A DNA stretch of 64,000 nt from Candidatus Magasanikbacteria bacterium UBA922 (GCA_002293825.1 DBDW01000008.1:9430-73429); one strand, 5' to 3'. Counted from the stretch's first letter, positions 36,155 through 46,123 are shown. The notes: generated by a model not told the origin, from the sequence alone. A program made the numbers and translations.

Positions 36155-36337
36155 ATGTTTAAGAATGCTCATCTTTTCTTCACGTCCATAACCGGACTTC
36201 AAAAATAATTCACGTTTATAAGCTTCTTCCCTAGAAGCATATTCTTCAGTATGAATTACTTTTAATGGCCGATACCCCTTTGTCGATCTTGTTTTTCCTG
36301 CATTATGATCTTTGATTCGTTGCACCAAGTCAGACGT
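36140..36337 (-). pseudogene. 5'-truncated GIY-YIG nuclease overlapping the tRNA-Gln(TTG) 5' end
   Basis: TSDLVQRIKDHNAGKTRSTKGYRP..EAYKRELFLKSGYGRE..HSGIV*; the GIY and YIG motifs are missing. Confidence 0.8.
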
Positions 36338-36354
36338 ACGATCCTCGAATGTTT
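36338..36354 (-). repeat. Duplicated tRNA-Gln 5'-end remnant
   Basis: acgatcctcgaatgttt versus acgatccccgaatgttt (36144-36160), 16/17 identical. Confidence 0.8.
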
Positions 36355-36358
36355 CATT

Positions 36359-36448
36359 CGTCATCCCCATGAAACCTTTCCTCGACTTGATCAGGGAACG
36401 GGGATCTTAAAAACTTAATACCAGATTCCCACTTTCACAGGAATGACG
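36359..36448. repeat. REP-like composite palindrome (GTCATYCC...GGAATGAC type) with a nested hairpin
   Basis: cgtcatccccatgaaa[cctttcctcgacttgatcagggaa]cggggatct ... agattcccactttcacaggaatgacg. Confidence 0.65.
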
Positions 36449-36457
36449 CGAAGTCTC

Positions 36458-37363
36458 TTAGGTTCGCAGATACTTGCGCATTGCAAGTATGCTCGAGATA
36501 AACGTGAGAAGAAAGACTGCTCCGAACTGTATCCCAAGCAGGAAAAGTATATGTGAGGAGAAGTAATTTGTCAAGATATTCTGGGTCTCGAAAACTACAC
36601 TCATATAAGGGTCGATAAACCCGAGAGCAAACCATACCACCCCCACCGTAATCGCACTACTCACGATACTGAAAATGAGTGATTCGATAATATATGGTCC
36701 GCTAATAAACCAATTCGTAGCACCTACCAATCGCTTGATACCGATCTCCACGCGTTGCGTATAGATTGCTACACGAATCGTATTGAAGATAATTACAAAT
36801 GCAATAATCGCAAATAATCCTGTGAGCGCATAGGTAAATCGCTCCACCTGCTGTGTCACCATCTCGATTCGATTGATCGCTGTCTCTGTGTCTCCAAATG
36901 TCTTTGTCTCAATAATTTCATCATACTCAGGGACCGAAAGTGCTGTCATGATTTTCTCATAATCCCTCGGTTCACGTGTCTTCACAATGAGTGTTGAACC
37001 AAGCGGATTGGTACCTAGCTCTTCCAAAGATGCAATAATTTCGGTATTTGCAGCATACGTCTGCTTGAATCCTTCGAGTACTTCTTCACGAGTAAGATAG
37101 CGCTCCTCGGTCACCTCTGGAAGTCCTGCCACAAAATCTCGCACTTCCTGAATCTTTTCTTCAGGTGCCGCTGGATCAAAATAAATACTCACATCAATCT
37201 GATCTTTCACCGATGTGATCGATCGATCTGTAAGCACTTGTACAATAATGAGTGTATTGATCGAGAGGAGCATGAGTACGAGAATCAAGACTGTCATGAA
37301 TGACAGACTCATGTTCCGTACAATATCCTGAAAAGAAAATTTGATAATTCGTCCGAGTGACAT
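36458..37363 (-). CDS. ftsX: Cell division permease FtsX
   Basis: DVSIYF, LGTNPL, IFNTIRVAI..EI.I.RLVGATNWFI.GP; follows ftsE. Confidence 0.88.
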   Translation of the reverse strand: MSLGRIIKFSFQDIVRNMSLSFMTVLILVLMLLSINTLIIVQVLTDRSITSVKDQIDVSIYFDPAAPEEKIQEVRDFVAGLPEVTEERYLTREEVLEGFKQTYAANTEIIASLEELGTNPLGSTLIVKTREPRDYEKIMTALSVPEYDEIIETKTFGDTETAINRIEMVTQQVERFTYALTGLFAIIAFVIIFNTIRVAIYTQRVEIGIKRLVGATNWFISGPYIIESLIFSIVSSAITVGVVWFALGFIDPYMSVVFETQNILTNYFSSHILFLLGIQFGAVFLLTFISSILAMRKYLRT

Positions 37364-37374
37364 AGCAAAAATAT

Positions 37375-38055
37375 TTATATGCGATATTTACCTTCACGCT
37401 CATCGCTTGCTATTTTTCCACCATGCAATACGACGACTCTACGACGAAGCTGATTCACAATCTCACGATTATGTGTCACCAAGACGATTGTGGTACCAAA
37501 TTCATTTATTTTTTTCAAAATCTCAATAATTTCTTGTGTATTGATGGAATCAAGATTACCCGTAGGCTCATCTGCTACGAGAATTTTCGGCCGATGTACG
37601 AGTGAACGTGCGATTGCCACACGCTGCTGTTCCCCACCCGAGAGTTGATGTGGATACCGATCAAATTTGTGTGACAAACCCACGATATCGAGCACACGTG
37701 GGACCACCTGTGTGATACGTGCACGACGCTCACCTGCGACCTCAAGTGCAAATGAGACATTTTCTTTCACCGTCTTCTTTGGAAGTAACTTGAAATCCTG
37801 AAATATTACACCGATTTGTCGTCGGAGTAATGGAACGTCTTGTGGTCCGATCTTGGTAATATCCCATCCGCCAATCTCAATAGAACCCGCATTTGGGCGT
37901 TCTTCTGCAATAAGCATTTTTACCAAGGTGGTCTTGCCGGTCCCGCTCTGCCCCACAATCGACACGAATTCTCCTGATTCAATATGCAGACTCACCTCAT
38001 TGAGTCCTACACTATCACGAGAATAAAATTTGCTAACATTTTTTAGAGTGATCAT
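37375..38055 (-). CDS. ftsE: Cell division ATP-binding protein FtsE
   Basis: [41 protein letters not shown]. Confidence 0.92.
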   Translation of the reverse strand: MITLKNVSKFYSRDSVGLNEVSLHIESGEFVSIVGQSGTGKTTLVKMLIAEERPNAGSIEIGGWDITKIGPQDVPLLRRQIGVIFQDFKLLPKKTVKENVSFALEVAGERRARITQVVPRVLDIVGLSHKFDRYPHQLSGGEQQRVAIARSLVHRPKILVADEPTGNLDSINTQEIIEILKKINEFGTTIVLVTHNREIVNQLRRRVVVLHGGKIASDEREGKYRI

Positions 38056-38112
38056 AGATACTACACGACAAACATGTGTAGAGTATAGCACATCACCATA
38101 TACTGATACAAC

Positions 38113-38988
38113 TTATGACGTTGCAAGTATATCAACAATCGAATCAAGACGACCTTCCACTACCTGAGCAATCGTATAGACTAATGGAAATGAATCTGTC
38201 TCGCCCAACAAACTCACTACAACAGGAGCTGAAATCACTCCTTCACACACTAGTGGCTTCTCGCCTTTTGCAATATTTCTCCCTTCATTTCTATGTCTCG
38301 AATCCTCGCTCATACCAGTAGCAATAAAATCTCCCATACCCGCAATTGAATACGCAGTCTCCCTCACTCCTCCACACACTTCGATAATTCGCCCCATTTC
38401 TTCGACCACTTTTGTCGCATACCATCCGCGTGCATTGCTTCCCATACCGAGCTCATCGAGCATACCAAGACCAATCGCATATACATTTTTCAATACACCT
38501 GCAAGCACTGCTCCTCGCACATCATCTATTCGCTGTAATCGCACCCTACTTCCTGCAACAAGCGACATCATCGTCTGATACACATGATCATGCGAAGTTG
38601 CGATTGCTCCAAATGCATATTTTCCCTGTGCAATCTCGGGAGCTACCATTGGTCCGCCAAAAAATGCAAACATGTGATCTGGTAATACTTCGCTAAACAC
38701 GTGATCTACTGTTTTTCCCGTACCTTGTTCAAAACCTTTTGCCACCACAACCACGGGTGTTTCCACGCGAAGAACATGTCTAATCCTCTCAAGTGTTTCT
38801 CGTATCACCCATGAATGAATGCACAAAAAAATAATATCTGCCACAGCGACACGTTCTTCGAGCGAACCCATACCAGTACATCTACTCGGATCACGATCCC
38901 ACCACTCTACCGAATGTCCGACATTCCTAATCGTTTCTCCAACTGCAGAACCTATCTTCCCTCCACCAATAACGAGTACATGTTTCAT
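38113..38988 (-). CDS. gpsA: NAD(P)H-dependent glycerol-3-phosphate dehydrogenase
   Basis: GGGKIG, KG.E, GP..A.E, LKNVYAIGLG, G.GDFIAT..S..SR, EG. Confidence 0.85.
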   Translation of the reverse strand: MKHVLVIGGGKIGSAVGETIRNVGHSVEWWDRDPSRCTGMGSLEERVAVADIIFLCIHSWVIRETLERIRHVLRVETPVVVVAKGFEQGTGKTVDHVFSEVLPDHMFAFFGGPMVAPEIAQGKYAFGAIATSHDHVYQTMMSLVAGSRVRLQRIDDVRGAVLAGVLKNVYAIGLGMLDELGMGSNARGWYATKVVEEMGRIIEVCGGVRETAYSIAGMGDFIATGMSEDSRHRNEGRNIAKGEKPLVCEGVISAPVVVSLLGETDSFPLVYTIAQVVEGRLDSIVDILATS

Positions 38989-39074
38989 ATACATATGTAA
39001 AAAGACTACTTCTTAATGATATACCAAATAATATAGAACTACAAAAAATCACCCCACATGAGGTGATTATACTG

Positions 39075-39147
39075 AGCCGACATCGGGGATCGAACCCGAG
39101 ACCTACAGTTTACGATACTGTCGCTCTACCAGCTGAGCTATGTCGGC
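39075..39147 (-). tRNA. tRNA-Thr(CGT)
   Basis: GCCGACA/TGTCGGC acceptor; ACAGT-ATCGTAA-ACTGT anticodon arm; GTTCGAT. Confidence 0.93.
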
Positions 39148-39221
39148 ATACATATTTTATATTGAAAATGGAACGTACTAATTGAAAAAATAGTCTAATT
39201 TTCCAGCTTTTTACAGGGAGA

Positions 39222-39250
39222 AGTGTACTCAATTTTAGGTAAACTGTCAA
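39222..39250 (-). promoter_or_regulatory. Sigma70 promoter for tRNA-Thr
   Basis: TTGACA-17 nt-TACACT. Confidence 0.65.
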
Positions 39251-39258
39251 TTGAAAAC

Positions 39259-39866
39259 AAAAAACCCTTACTTCGATATTCGATACCACTATCGACTACC
39301 AGAGTAAGGGTGCCGCGTATCCTGCCATTTCAGACAAAACACGCGGCATATGAACCATGAATTTATATGTCGTAGCGCCCACGGCTCAGGCGCTCAGAGA
39401 AAATTCTCCAATTTTCAACCCCCTTTAATCGGAGATGGATTTTTGTCACGGACAAGTATTGTTGTAGCACGTCCGAGGACGTGTACGGCACTTGTGTGAC
39501 GTCTCGGTATCCAGCGTCTCAGCCGTCCAGTGTATGCCCCACAAGGGTGGCTCCACATAGATCATTCCAGAGACTTACCGTACCTATTAATAAAACGCAT
39601 AGGTGCGTACCAGTTGTCGCATGGTTGCGTGTTTTTTTGATAACGTAGAAAAACATACACTACGGACTCACATTTTATGTTATTGCGCTGTGGGTCATAT
39701 GCGCTCATGTGTGATACATCATTCACCATCCTATGTACGGTACGGGTGATTTGCGAGTCAAAAATTATGCTCGCGTTCAAGCCCTCATACGCGGTATTTC
39801 CGCCAGGGCTCGGATCAATATCCCACAAGATACTTATCCGAACCGACGACCATCACACACTTAAGA
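39259..39866 (-). ncRNA. Candidate large (~610 nt) structured non-coding RNA, family unassigned
   Basis: Own promoter and U-tailed terminator; more than 12 consecutive hairpins with minus-strand G-U pairs and possible pseudoknots; no credible ORF. Confidence 0.7.
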
Positions 39867-39872
39867 CGCCTC

Positions 39873-39901
39873 ACCATATCACAACAAGCGTTTTTTGTCA
39901 A
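39873..39901 (-). promoter_or_regulatory. Sigma70 promoter for the candidate ncRNA
   Basis: TTGACA (39901-39896, overlapping the pyrD stop)-17 nt-TATGGT with TG extension. Confidence 0.7.
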
Positions 39902-41016
39902 TACCTATGATATGCACCTATAGCATCCCGTACAGACGTGTATCCATCAGCTTTCAGAAGCTGTACCAAACCATAATTGATTTCACCCACCACTTGCGGA
40001 CCTTCATAAATCATACCTGTAATCATCTGCACCAATGATGCACCACGTTTTATCTTTTCATAGGCATCTTCTGCGCAAAATATACCGCCTGTACCAATAA
40101 TTACCATCTCTGAACCACAGTATGCGTAGGTACGAGAAATAAGTTCATTTGAACGCTCCCATGTGGGTTTACCGCTAACAGACCCACGAATATCTTCAGG
40201 AATTTTTTCTTGTATAGTAGGATCAGATCGATCTTTATTGAGATTACCAATATTCACTCCCCATACTTTATACTTCCGTGCCACATCAAGAAGTTCTCTG
40301 TGCATATCCCACGTGATATTGATCGGCATTTTCAAAATAAGTGGCTTATCAGAACGAGACTTTACTATGGCTTGCAATAATTTTTCCAATTTTTCAGATG
40401 TCGTAAATGGCTCACCTCCAAATGTATTTGGACAAGAAATATTGATTTCATATGCATCGATGTGTGCCACCCCTTTACACACCTCCAGACCTCGGACATA
40501 GTCTGTGATTCCTGCGGTCTCGTCTACAGTACTACTGCAATTAGTCTTTCCAATCGATACGATACAAGGAATTGTCTTTCGATATGTCTTTATACGATCG
40601 ATAATACGTGTAGCCCCCTCATTCTTCAGACCATAATTCACCACAATAGCTCTCGATCGAGGGAGACGGTACAGTCGTGGCGTAGGATTCCCTTCATACG
40701 CACTATGGGTAATGGTACCAATTTCTGAAAAACCAAATCCCACTGACTCGAGTACTGGGTACACATACCCATCCTTATCGAATCCAGCCGCAAGACCAAC
40801 TGGATTCGAAAAATATATACCTTTGATCTGTTGTCCAAGCATTGGATTCGTATAACAGAAAAAATACGCACTCAATTTTCGAAGTAATTGATTCTTCCCA
40901 ATGTACACGCTCATGCGCACCATGCGATCGTGCACACGCTCAGGATCCTGAAGAAAAAATATCTTCTTTACTATATGTACATAAAAAAATCGTACCAAAG
41001 CATGACGATACTTCAT
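39898..41016 (-). CDS. pyrD: Dihydroorotate dehydrogenase (quinone), class 2
   Basis: DPERVH, NPVGLAAGFDK, GN..PRL.RL, NISCPN, SG.P, GASLVQ. Confidence 0.92.
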   Translation of the reverse strand: MKYRHALVRFFYVHIVKKIFFLQDPERVHDRMVRMSVYIGKNQLLRKLSAYFFCYTNPMLGQQIKGIYFSNPVGLAAGFDKDGYVYPVLESVGFGFSEIGTITHSAYEGNPTPRLYRLPRSRAIVVNYGLKNEGATRIIDRIKTYRKTIPCIVSIGKTNCSSTVDETAGITDYVRGLEVCKGVAHIDAYEINISCPNTFGGEPFTTSEKLEKLLQAIVKSRSDKPLILKMPINITWDMHRELLDVARKYKVWGVNIGNLNKDRSDPTIQEKIPEDIRGSVSGKPTWERSNELISRTYAYCGSEMVIIGTGGIFCAEDAYEKIKRGASLVQMITGMIYEGPQVVGEINYGLVQLLKADGYTSVRDAIGAYHRY

Positions 41017-41083
41017 ACACTACAGAGAAGAGATAGGTGAATGCTTGTGTTTCAATGAAACATGAAACACTCTTTCATTATTG

Positions 41084-41154
41084 AGCGGGATACGAGAATC
41101 GAACTCGCTTCTCTGGCTTGGGAAGCCAGCATAATACCAGTATACTAATCCCGC
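41084..41154 (-). tRNA. tRNA-Gly(CCC)
   Basis: GCGGGAT/ATCCCGC acceptor; CTGGC-TTCCCAA-GCCAG anticodon arm; GTTCGAT. Confidence 0.93.
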
Positions 41155-41199
41155 GCGGAATGCTCGATACACTACACTTTCTATCGAGCATTTCTCACA

Positions 41200-42297
41200 T
41201 TATTCCATGACCTCATTCGTTTCGACTGTTTGTACTTCTGGAGTACTGGTCGGTGCAGTGGTCAATTCTTCAAATGGATTTCGAAGTCCTTTTGACACTC
41301 TGATTTCTGAAGAAAGTAATCGACTATTCATAAAATCTGCAAATGGTGCAGTATCATTCTCATTTGTGGCAAACAAAATATGTCGCGCCTTTACCTCTTT
41401 GACATTTTCTCCTGTGGTCTGATCCTTGGTCGTACGGATATCGTCAACACGGAGGATATGATACCCGAAATCAGTTTCTACCAACTCACTCGAAAGTTCT
41501 CCTTTTTTCAATGCAAACGCAGCTGCTTCGAATTGTGGAACCATCGCTCCTTCACCAAACCAGCCCAAATCTCCTCCCTGATCTTTGGTACTATCAGATC
41601 CAAATTCGCTCGCAAGTTGTTCAAATGATTCTCCTCCCTTGATCCGATCAAGCACACTCTGTGCCGTAGTTTTTACCTTTTCTTTTGCATTTGGATCACG
41701 GACAGTCTCGAGATATGCATTTGACAATTTGGTCTCAAGTTCAGCTGGATATACAATTTTCTGTACAAATTGATCGAGATTCCATCCATAGCGACCCGAG
41801 ATTTCTTCATCCGCTTTTTCTCTACTTTCAAAACTAGGCAACAGTCTGGTGTCTACCACCGAATTGATTTCTTCTTGAGTGAGTGAAACATTGTATTCTC
41901 CTGCTACAATTTTCGTGAGTTCATTGATCAATAATCTACTCAATACATAGTCCGACATTTCTGCGTCGCTCGGACGAGTGAGTCCGGTCGTATCAGTGTC
42001 ATAAAATTTTCGCATTGCATTGAGATTGTCGACATACTCCCCATAAGGAATTTTATTTCCTTCAATAGAAGCTACAGGAATTCTAAAAATCTGTGCAGTA
42101 GTAAGTGCGAATTTTGATTCTGACAGTGCTTTGACACTCTGAATACCCACCACATACCATATGATCAACCCCACCACTACCGCTACACCAAGTCCTGCCA
42201 ACAACAATGATACGGTATTGCGTCCTGAATCAGATTTCTTTTCAGGAACAGTACCGATACTCTCTTCATGAGCACTGTGTTTCTTTTCTTCGTCCAT
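41200..42297 (-). CDS. PrsA/SurA-like parvulin peptidyl-prolyl isomerase foldase
   Basis: N-terminal TM; FEQLA..FGSD....GGDLGWF..G.MVPQFE..AF, ETDFGYHIL. Confidence 0.88.
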   Translation of the reverse strand: MDEEKKHSAHEESIGTVPEKKSDSGRNTVSLLLAGLGVAVVVGLIIWYVVGIQSVKALSESKFALTTAQIFRIPVASIEGNKIPYGEYVDNLNAMRKFYDTDTTGLTRPSDAEMSDYVLSRLLINELTKIVAGEYNVSLTQEEINSVVDTRLLPSFESREKADEEISGRYGWNLDQFVQKIVYPAELETKLSNAYLETVRDPNAKEKVKTTAQSVLDRIKGGESFEQLASEFGSDSTKDQGGDLGWFGEGAMVPQFEAAAFALKKGELSSELVETDFGYHILRVDDIRTTKDQTTGENVKEVKARHILFATNENDTAPFADFMNSRLLSSEIRVSKGLRNPFEELTTAPTSTPEVQTVETNEVME

Positions 42298-42308
42298 AAC
42301 CTTTAGAA

Positions 42309-42731
42309 TTAACCCTCGCTCGGTGGCGAGTGATGAATGAAATAATACCACCATTTTAACGGATTTGGAGACTCTTGTCCACCCATGTCCCTCTGCCCAT
42401 CATCAGGTGTCGCTGATGCTGATTCTTTACCCAAATTTTTAATAAATAGCACATTTTCTCCTGGTTTTTTCATATTAAGATCCAGGCGAGCGGTATCTTC
42501 GAGATAACTTGTACTCGACACATATTTCAAAAGTTCAATCGATTCAATTTTCTTCTTCTCTAATTGATCGATCTCTTCCTGAAGGCGTTTTACTTCCTCC
42601 CGAAACGCATAGTCCTTGAAATACGCGCGAGCAAACCCAATCGCAAATAATAATGTCAACAAAAACGTAACTACTAAAAAAACCTTGGAACTAAAAAACA
42701 GACGTGTACGTGAAGATGTGGAACGACTCAT
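42309..42731 (-). CDS. Septum formation initiator (DivIC/FtsB family)
   Basis: TM, coiled coil, YLE..AR..LNMKKPGE. Confidence 0.8.
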   Translation of the reverse strand: MSRSTSSRTRLFFSSKVFLVVTFLLTLLFAIGFARAYFKDYAFREEVKRLQEEIDQLEKKKIESIELLKYVSSTSYLEDTARLDLNMKKPGENVLFIKNLGKESASATPDDGQRDMGGQESPNPLKWWYYFIHHSPPSEG

Positions 42732-42760
42732 ATGCGCTCTAGTATATCACGCTCTTTATA

Positions 42761-43366
42761 TTACCTCAATTGTCGCAATTTTGTTTCAATCAACTCCCTG
42801 AGACGATGGAGTTCTGGCTGTTCGAGAGTATTAATCATTCGATATATCTGCTCAAATGAATGCTGATTTTCTGATGTCTCTGTGCGAATTTTCTGCTTTC
42901 TCAATTCATTGAGTAACCGCTGAATTCCAACCGGACGAGACACATGATCCACCACAATTCTCACTTTTGAATCTTTGATTCTGATTTCAATGGTTCCATA
43001 CTTACACAACATTCGCCATAGACCTCGTTGCCGTACTACCACATCTTCGATATTGTAGAGATCAACTTCTGAAATAGTTTTTCCAAATAACCCATCTTTG
43101 ACAATATCGATGACACGCTCGGTCGTGAGCACAAGGACTGTACCTCTTGACCGAATCAAGACCATCGCCACTCCCCACACTCCACCGAAACACAGCGCAC
43201 TAAATCCAATAATTCCCCACGTACCCTGAGCAAAAAACCAAAACATACCGACTGAAGCCGTGAGTAATAGGAAAAATGAGCCGATCCACTGCCACACAAA
43301 ACTCGATGCACGCTGACGTATTTCTGCAATAATATGCTCACCTTGTATCAGTGGAATTTTTACCAT
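42761..43366 (-). CDS. Membrane protein with bacterial PH domain
   Basis: Two TM segments; LTTERVID..GLF....E..L..I.DV...Q.G....YGTI.I. Confidence 0.75.
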   Translation of the reverse strand: MVKIPLIQGEHIIAEIRQRASSFVWQWIGSFFLLLTASVGMFWFFAQGTWGIIGFSALCFGGVWGVAMVLIRSRGTVLVLTTERVIDIVKDGLFGKTISEVDLYNIEDVVVRQRGLWRMLCKYGTIEIRIKDSKVRIVVDHVSRPVGIQRLLNELRKQKIRTETSENQHSFEQIYRMINTLEQPELHRLRELIETKLRQLR

Positions 43367-43374
43367 ACATACGA

Positions 43375-44532
43375 TTACGATACTATGTGATCAATCGGAC
43401 CAATCCACGGTTCCAATTTCTTGAGCTGAATTTCCCATTGAAATATCTCAAGTATTCGTTGTCTTCCTGCACGTCCCATACGATCCCTCTCATCATGATT
43501 ACCCAGCAGTGCGACAATTGTATCGGTAATTTTTTGTGCCTCGTGATACACATCGAGCACCTGGCCTGTCTCCCCATCAATCACCGCTTCTTCCACACCA
43601 CCACTTTTGCCTGCAACAATTGCTTTCCCAGCTGCTGCAGCCTCGAGAAATACGAGACCCAATCCTTCTTCTCTCCCATCATCTGGATGAGTTAATAACA
43701 CAAATAAATCAGCAAGATAATAATACTGTGGCAATTTTTCATGTGATACCCCACCAATATACCGAACCACATTTTGAAGTTGTCTTTTTTGAATCTCAGA
43801 CACAATCATTTCACGTTTCGGCCCATCACCAATCACTACCCACACAGCATGAGTTTCTTTTTTTAGAATATCACTAAACGCGCGGATGAGATGCGGAAAC
43901 CCTTTTCCATCATCGAGTCTTCCCACCGACAACACCACTTTCTTACCTTCGAGAGCGAGAGTGCGTCTAAGCGTATCAATCTCTTCTCTGACAGGTGTAC
44001 GAGAAAATAATGCATCGGGACAGGGATACATCACCATAGAGCGATTTTCAAACTCAGGTAATCGCTCGAGAAAACGACGACGTAATGATTCACTGTTGAA
44101 TACCACCTGCTCTGAATCTCGTATAATTTTTCTGAGCCATCGCTTCTTCCATGATGTCTGTGTACCATATACCACATCCGTACCATGAGAGATCACCAGA
44201 TAAGGAACTTTTAGTATCTTCTTTATTATCCACGCAGCATATCCTAGTGGGAGTACATGATGTACGATAATCATTTCAATTTGTTCTTTTTTTACGATTG
44301 CCCTCATTTGAAATACCGCTCGTATCCATCGTGGCCACACTGCACGATACAACTGCTTTTTTCGCACAATTGTATATTCTTCGTGCTGATCAAATTCAGA
44401 TGCACCGGCCTCCTGAGGCGCATACACCACTACATTATGAGAGGCTAATGCTCGAGCCATATTCGCAGTGTACGTCGCAATGCCACCGAGCTGCGGAGGA
44501 AATTCCATTGTTGCAAGTAAAATTTTTTTCAT
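43375..44532 (-). CDS. Glycosyltransferase family 4
   Basis: FPP..GGI, VGRL...KG, EGLGLVFLEA.A.G...V....GG..E. Confidence 0.92.
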   Translation of the reverse strand: MKKILLATMEFPPQLGGIATYTANMARALASHNVVVYAPQEAGASEFDQHEEYTIVRKKQLYRAVWPRWIRAVFQMRAIVKKEQIEMIIVHHVLPLGYAAWIIKKILKVPYLVISHGTDVVYGTQTSWKKRWLRKIIRDSEQVVFNSESLRRRFLERLPEFENRSMVMYPCPDALFSRTPVREEIDTLRRTLALEGKKVVLSVGRLDDGKGFPHLIRAFSDILKKETHAVWVVIGDGPKREMIVSEIQKRQLQNVVRYIGGVSHEKLPQYYYLADLFVLLTHPDDGREEGLGLVFLEAAAAGKAIVAGKSGGVEEAVIDGETGQVLDVYHEAQKITDTIVALLGNHDERDRMGRAGRQRILEIFQWEIQLKKLEPWIGPIDHIVS

Positions 44533-44539
44533 ATACGTA

Positions 44540-45973
44540 TTATGTTTTCAATGATTTGAAATATGCAATATCCTCATGTGTCACACCTCGACACAGGATA
44601 AACACACACCCAAATATGCACGCACCTACGAGTGCCCGCACCATAACTGAGATATCAAATATACCCATATACATGACACCTGCACTCATCACCGCACTCG
44701 ATATGAGCAACTTCCCTATAAGCCAAGCATTTTTGACATGCTCAAGAACAACCGTGCGTACAACCACCACCCAAGAAATACCTGTAATTAACCAGTTACC
44801 AATTGTCGCAGACAATGCAGCACCGACCGGACCCAGCTTCGGAATCAAAAACGCATTCAACACAATATTCACACACATCATGCTTCCAATAATCGCCGTC
44901 TGCATATTTTGACGACCGGCAGCATTCAATAATGCACCTAATAAGATATTCATAAATGACGGCACGATGCCGAACATGAGAATCTGCAACGGCACAATCG
45001 ACCCTTCATATTCATTACCAAAAAATGTATAAATGATATCAGTGCTCAATACGACAATACCTACCGAAAGCGGAATCGACACCAGTAATAAATATCGAAG
45101 TCCTTGATTGAATACTTCGCTAAAACGCTTCGTATCATCAACAAAATATTCACTCAATCTCGGATATAATCCTGCGATAAGTGCAAATGGAATAAATTGA
45201 AATGCATACGCAATTTTATAGGGTACGCTATACCACCCGACCGCCACATCGCCTGCCATTTTTGACAACATTACCGAATCTGCATATGACAAAATACGTC
45301 CAAAAATAGTTGCAAGTGCGAATGGTATTGTGATCGGTATCAAATACCGTACAATTTCGCGTACATATCGTGGGCGTAATCGTATTGCATATCGTGAATG
45401 TGCGATATATCCTGCAAATACAGAACTCAATATACTCGGTATCAAAAACGCAATCATGAGAAAATACAACGGCAACTTGAAATACAAAAATATAGTACCC
45501 AGAATCAGAGTCACCAATTGACTCACTAAAATCCCCAATGCCTCATACTTCACATTACCCACTGCACGTAATGCTCCATAGAGTGTCGTTTGCAACGAAT
45601 CAAAAAGCATCGTAATTCCTGAAATAAGCACAAGAGTTTGTGTCTCGAATTCATGATTCAACATCAGTAACACTCCAGCCATTACAATATAGGAACCCAA
45701 TGAAAGAAATATTTTTACATACAATACCGATGAAATAATATCGGAGATTTTCTGTTTCAATCGAGCACCTTCACGAACCAACACATTCGTAAACCCCATG
45801 TCGACAAACACTACAAAAATTGTAGTGAATGAAAGCGCAAAAAAATATTTCCCCGTATCACCCGCCCCGAGAGAACGAGCAATGATTGCAAAATAGACAA
45901 ACGAAATAATCTTTTGTCCGACCGAGGCCATGGTCATGTATAACGTGCTTGTACCTACAGAGAGAGATTTCAT
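44540..45973 (-). CDS. Wzx-type polysaccharide flippase
   Basis: About 14 TM segments; AR.LG...G.Y.FA..F, D.G, D..ML, VG.Y, LIP..G..GAA. Confidence 0.88.
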   Translation of the reverse strand: MKSLSVGTSTLYMTMASVGQKIISFVYFAIIARSLGAGDTGKYFFALSFTTIFVVFVDMGFTNVLVREGARLKQKISDIISSVLYVKIFLSLGSYIVMAGVLLMLNHEFETQTLVLISGITMLFDSLQTTLYGALRAVGNVKYEALGILVSQLVTLILGTIFLYFKLPLYFLMIAFLIPSILSSVFAGYIAHSRYAIRLRPRYVREIVRYLIPITIPFALATIFGRILSYADSVMLSKMAGDVAVGWYSVPYKIAYAFQFIPFALIAGLYPRLSEYFVDDTKRFSEVFNQGLRYLLLVSIPLSVGIVVLSTDIIYTFFGNEYEGSIVPLQILMFGIVPSFMNILLGALLNAAGRQNMQTAIIGSMMCVNIVLNAFLIPKLGPVGAALSATIGNWLITGISWVVVVRTVVLEHVKNAWLIGKLLISSAVMSAGVMYMGIFDISVMVRALVGACIFGCVFILCRGVTHEDIAYFKSLKT

Positions 45974-46087
45974 ACTAACCGTAGTGTAGCGTAAAAATAC
46001 ACTAAAGCCAAGAGGAATTTATACTATACATAGCATACAATACATCTTGTATCTTTTTTTATGTATATAGCGTATGTGTTGAAAACA

Positions 46088-46109
46088 AAAACCCGCCTCT
46101 TCGGCGGGA
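46088..46109 (-). terminator. Terminator of the ribosomal protein block
   Basis: CCCGCC-GAAGA-GGCGGG-TTTT on the minus strand. Confidence 0.75.
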
Positions 46110-46123
46110 ATTGTATTGTTTCG

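Noticed and set aside
39562-39828. 88-aa minus-strand ORF inside the structured region
   Set aside because: GTG start buried in a hairpin, no recognisable motif or protein-like composition; better explained as a chance ORF in an RNA gene.
39259-39866. Identification as RNase P RNA, tmRNA or a group II intron
   Set aside because: No GAGGAAAGUCC/P4 signature and no tRNA-like ends or tag ORF. The GAGCCGTG..CATGGTTC segment resembles intron domain V only superficially, with no proper DV geometry or GUGCG 5' end.
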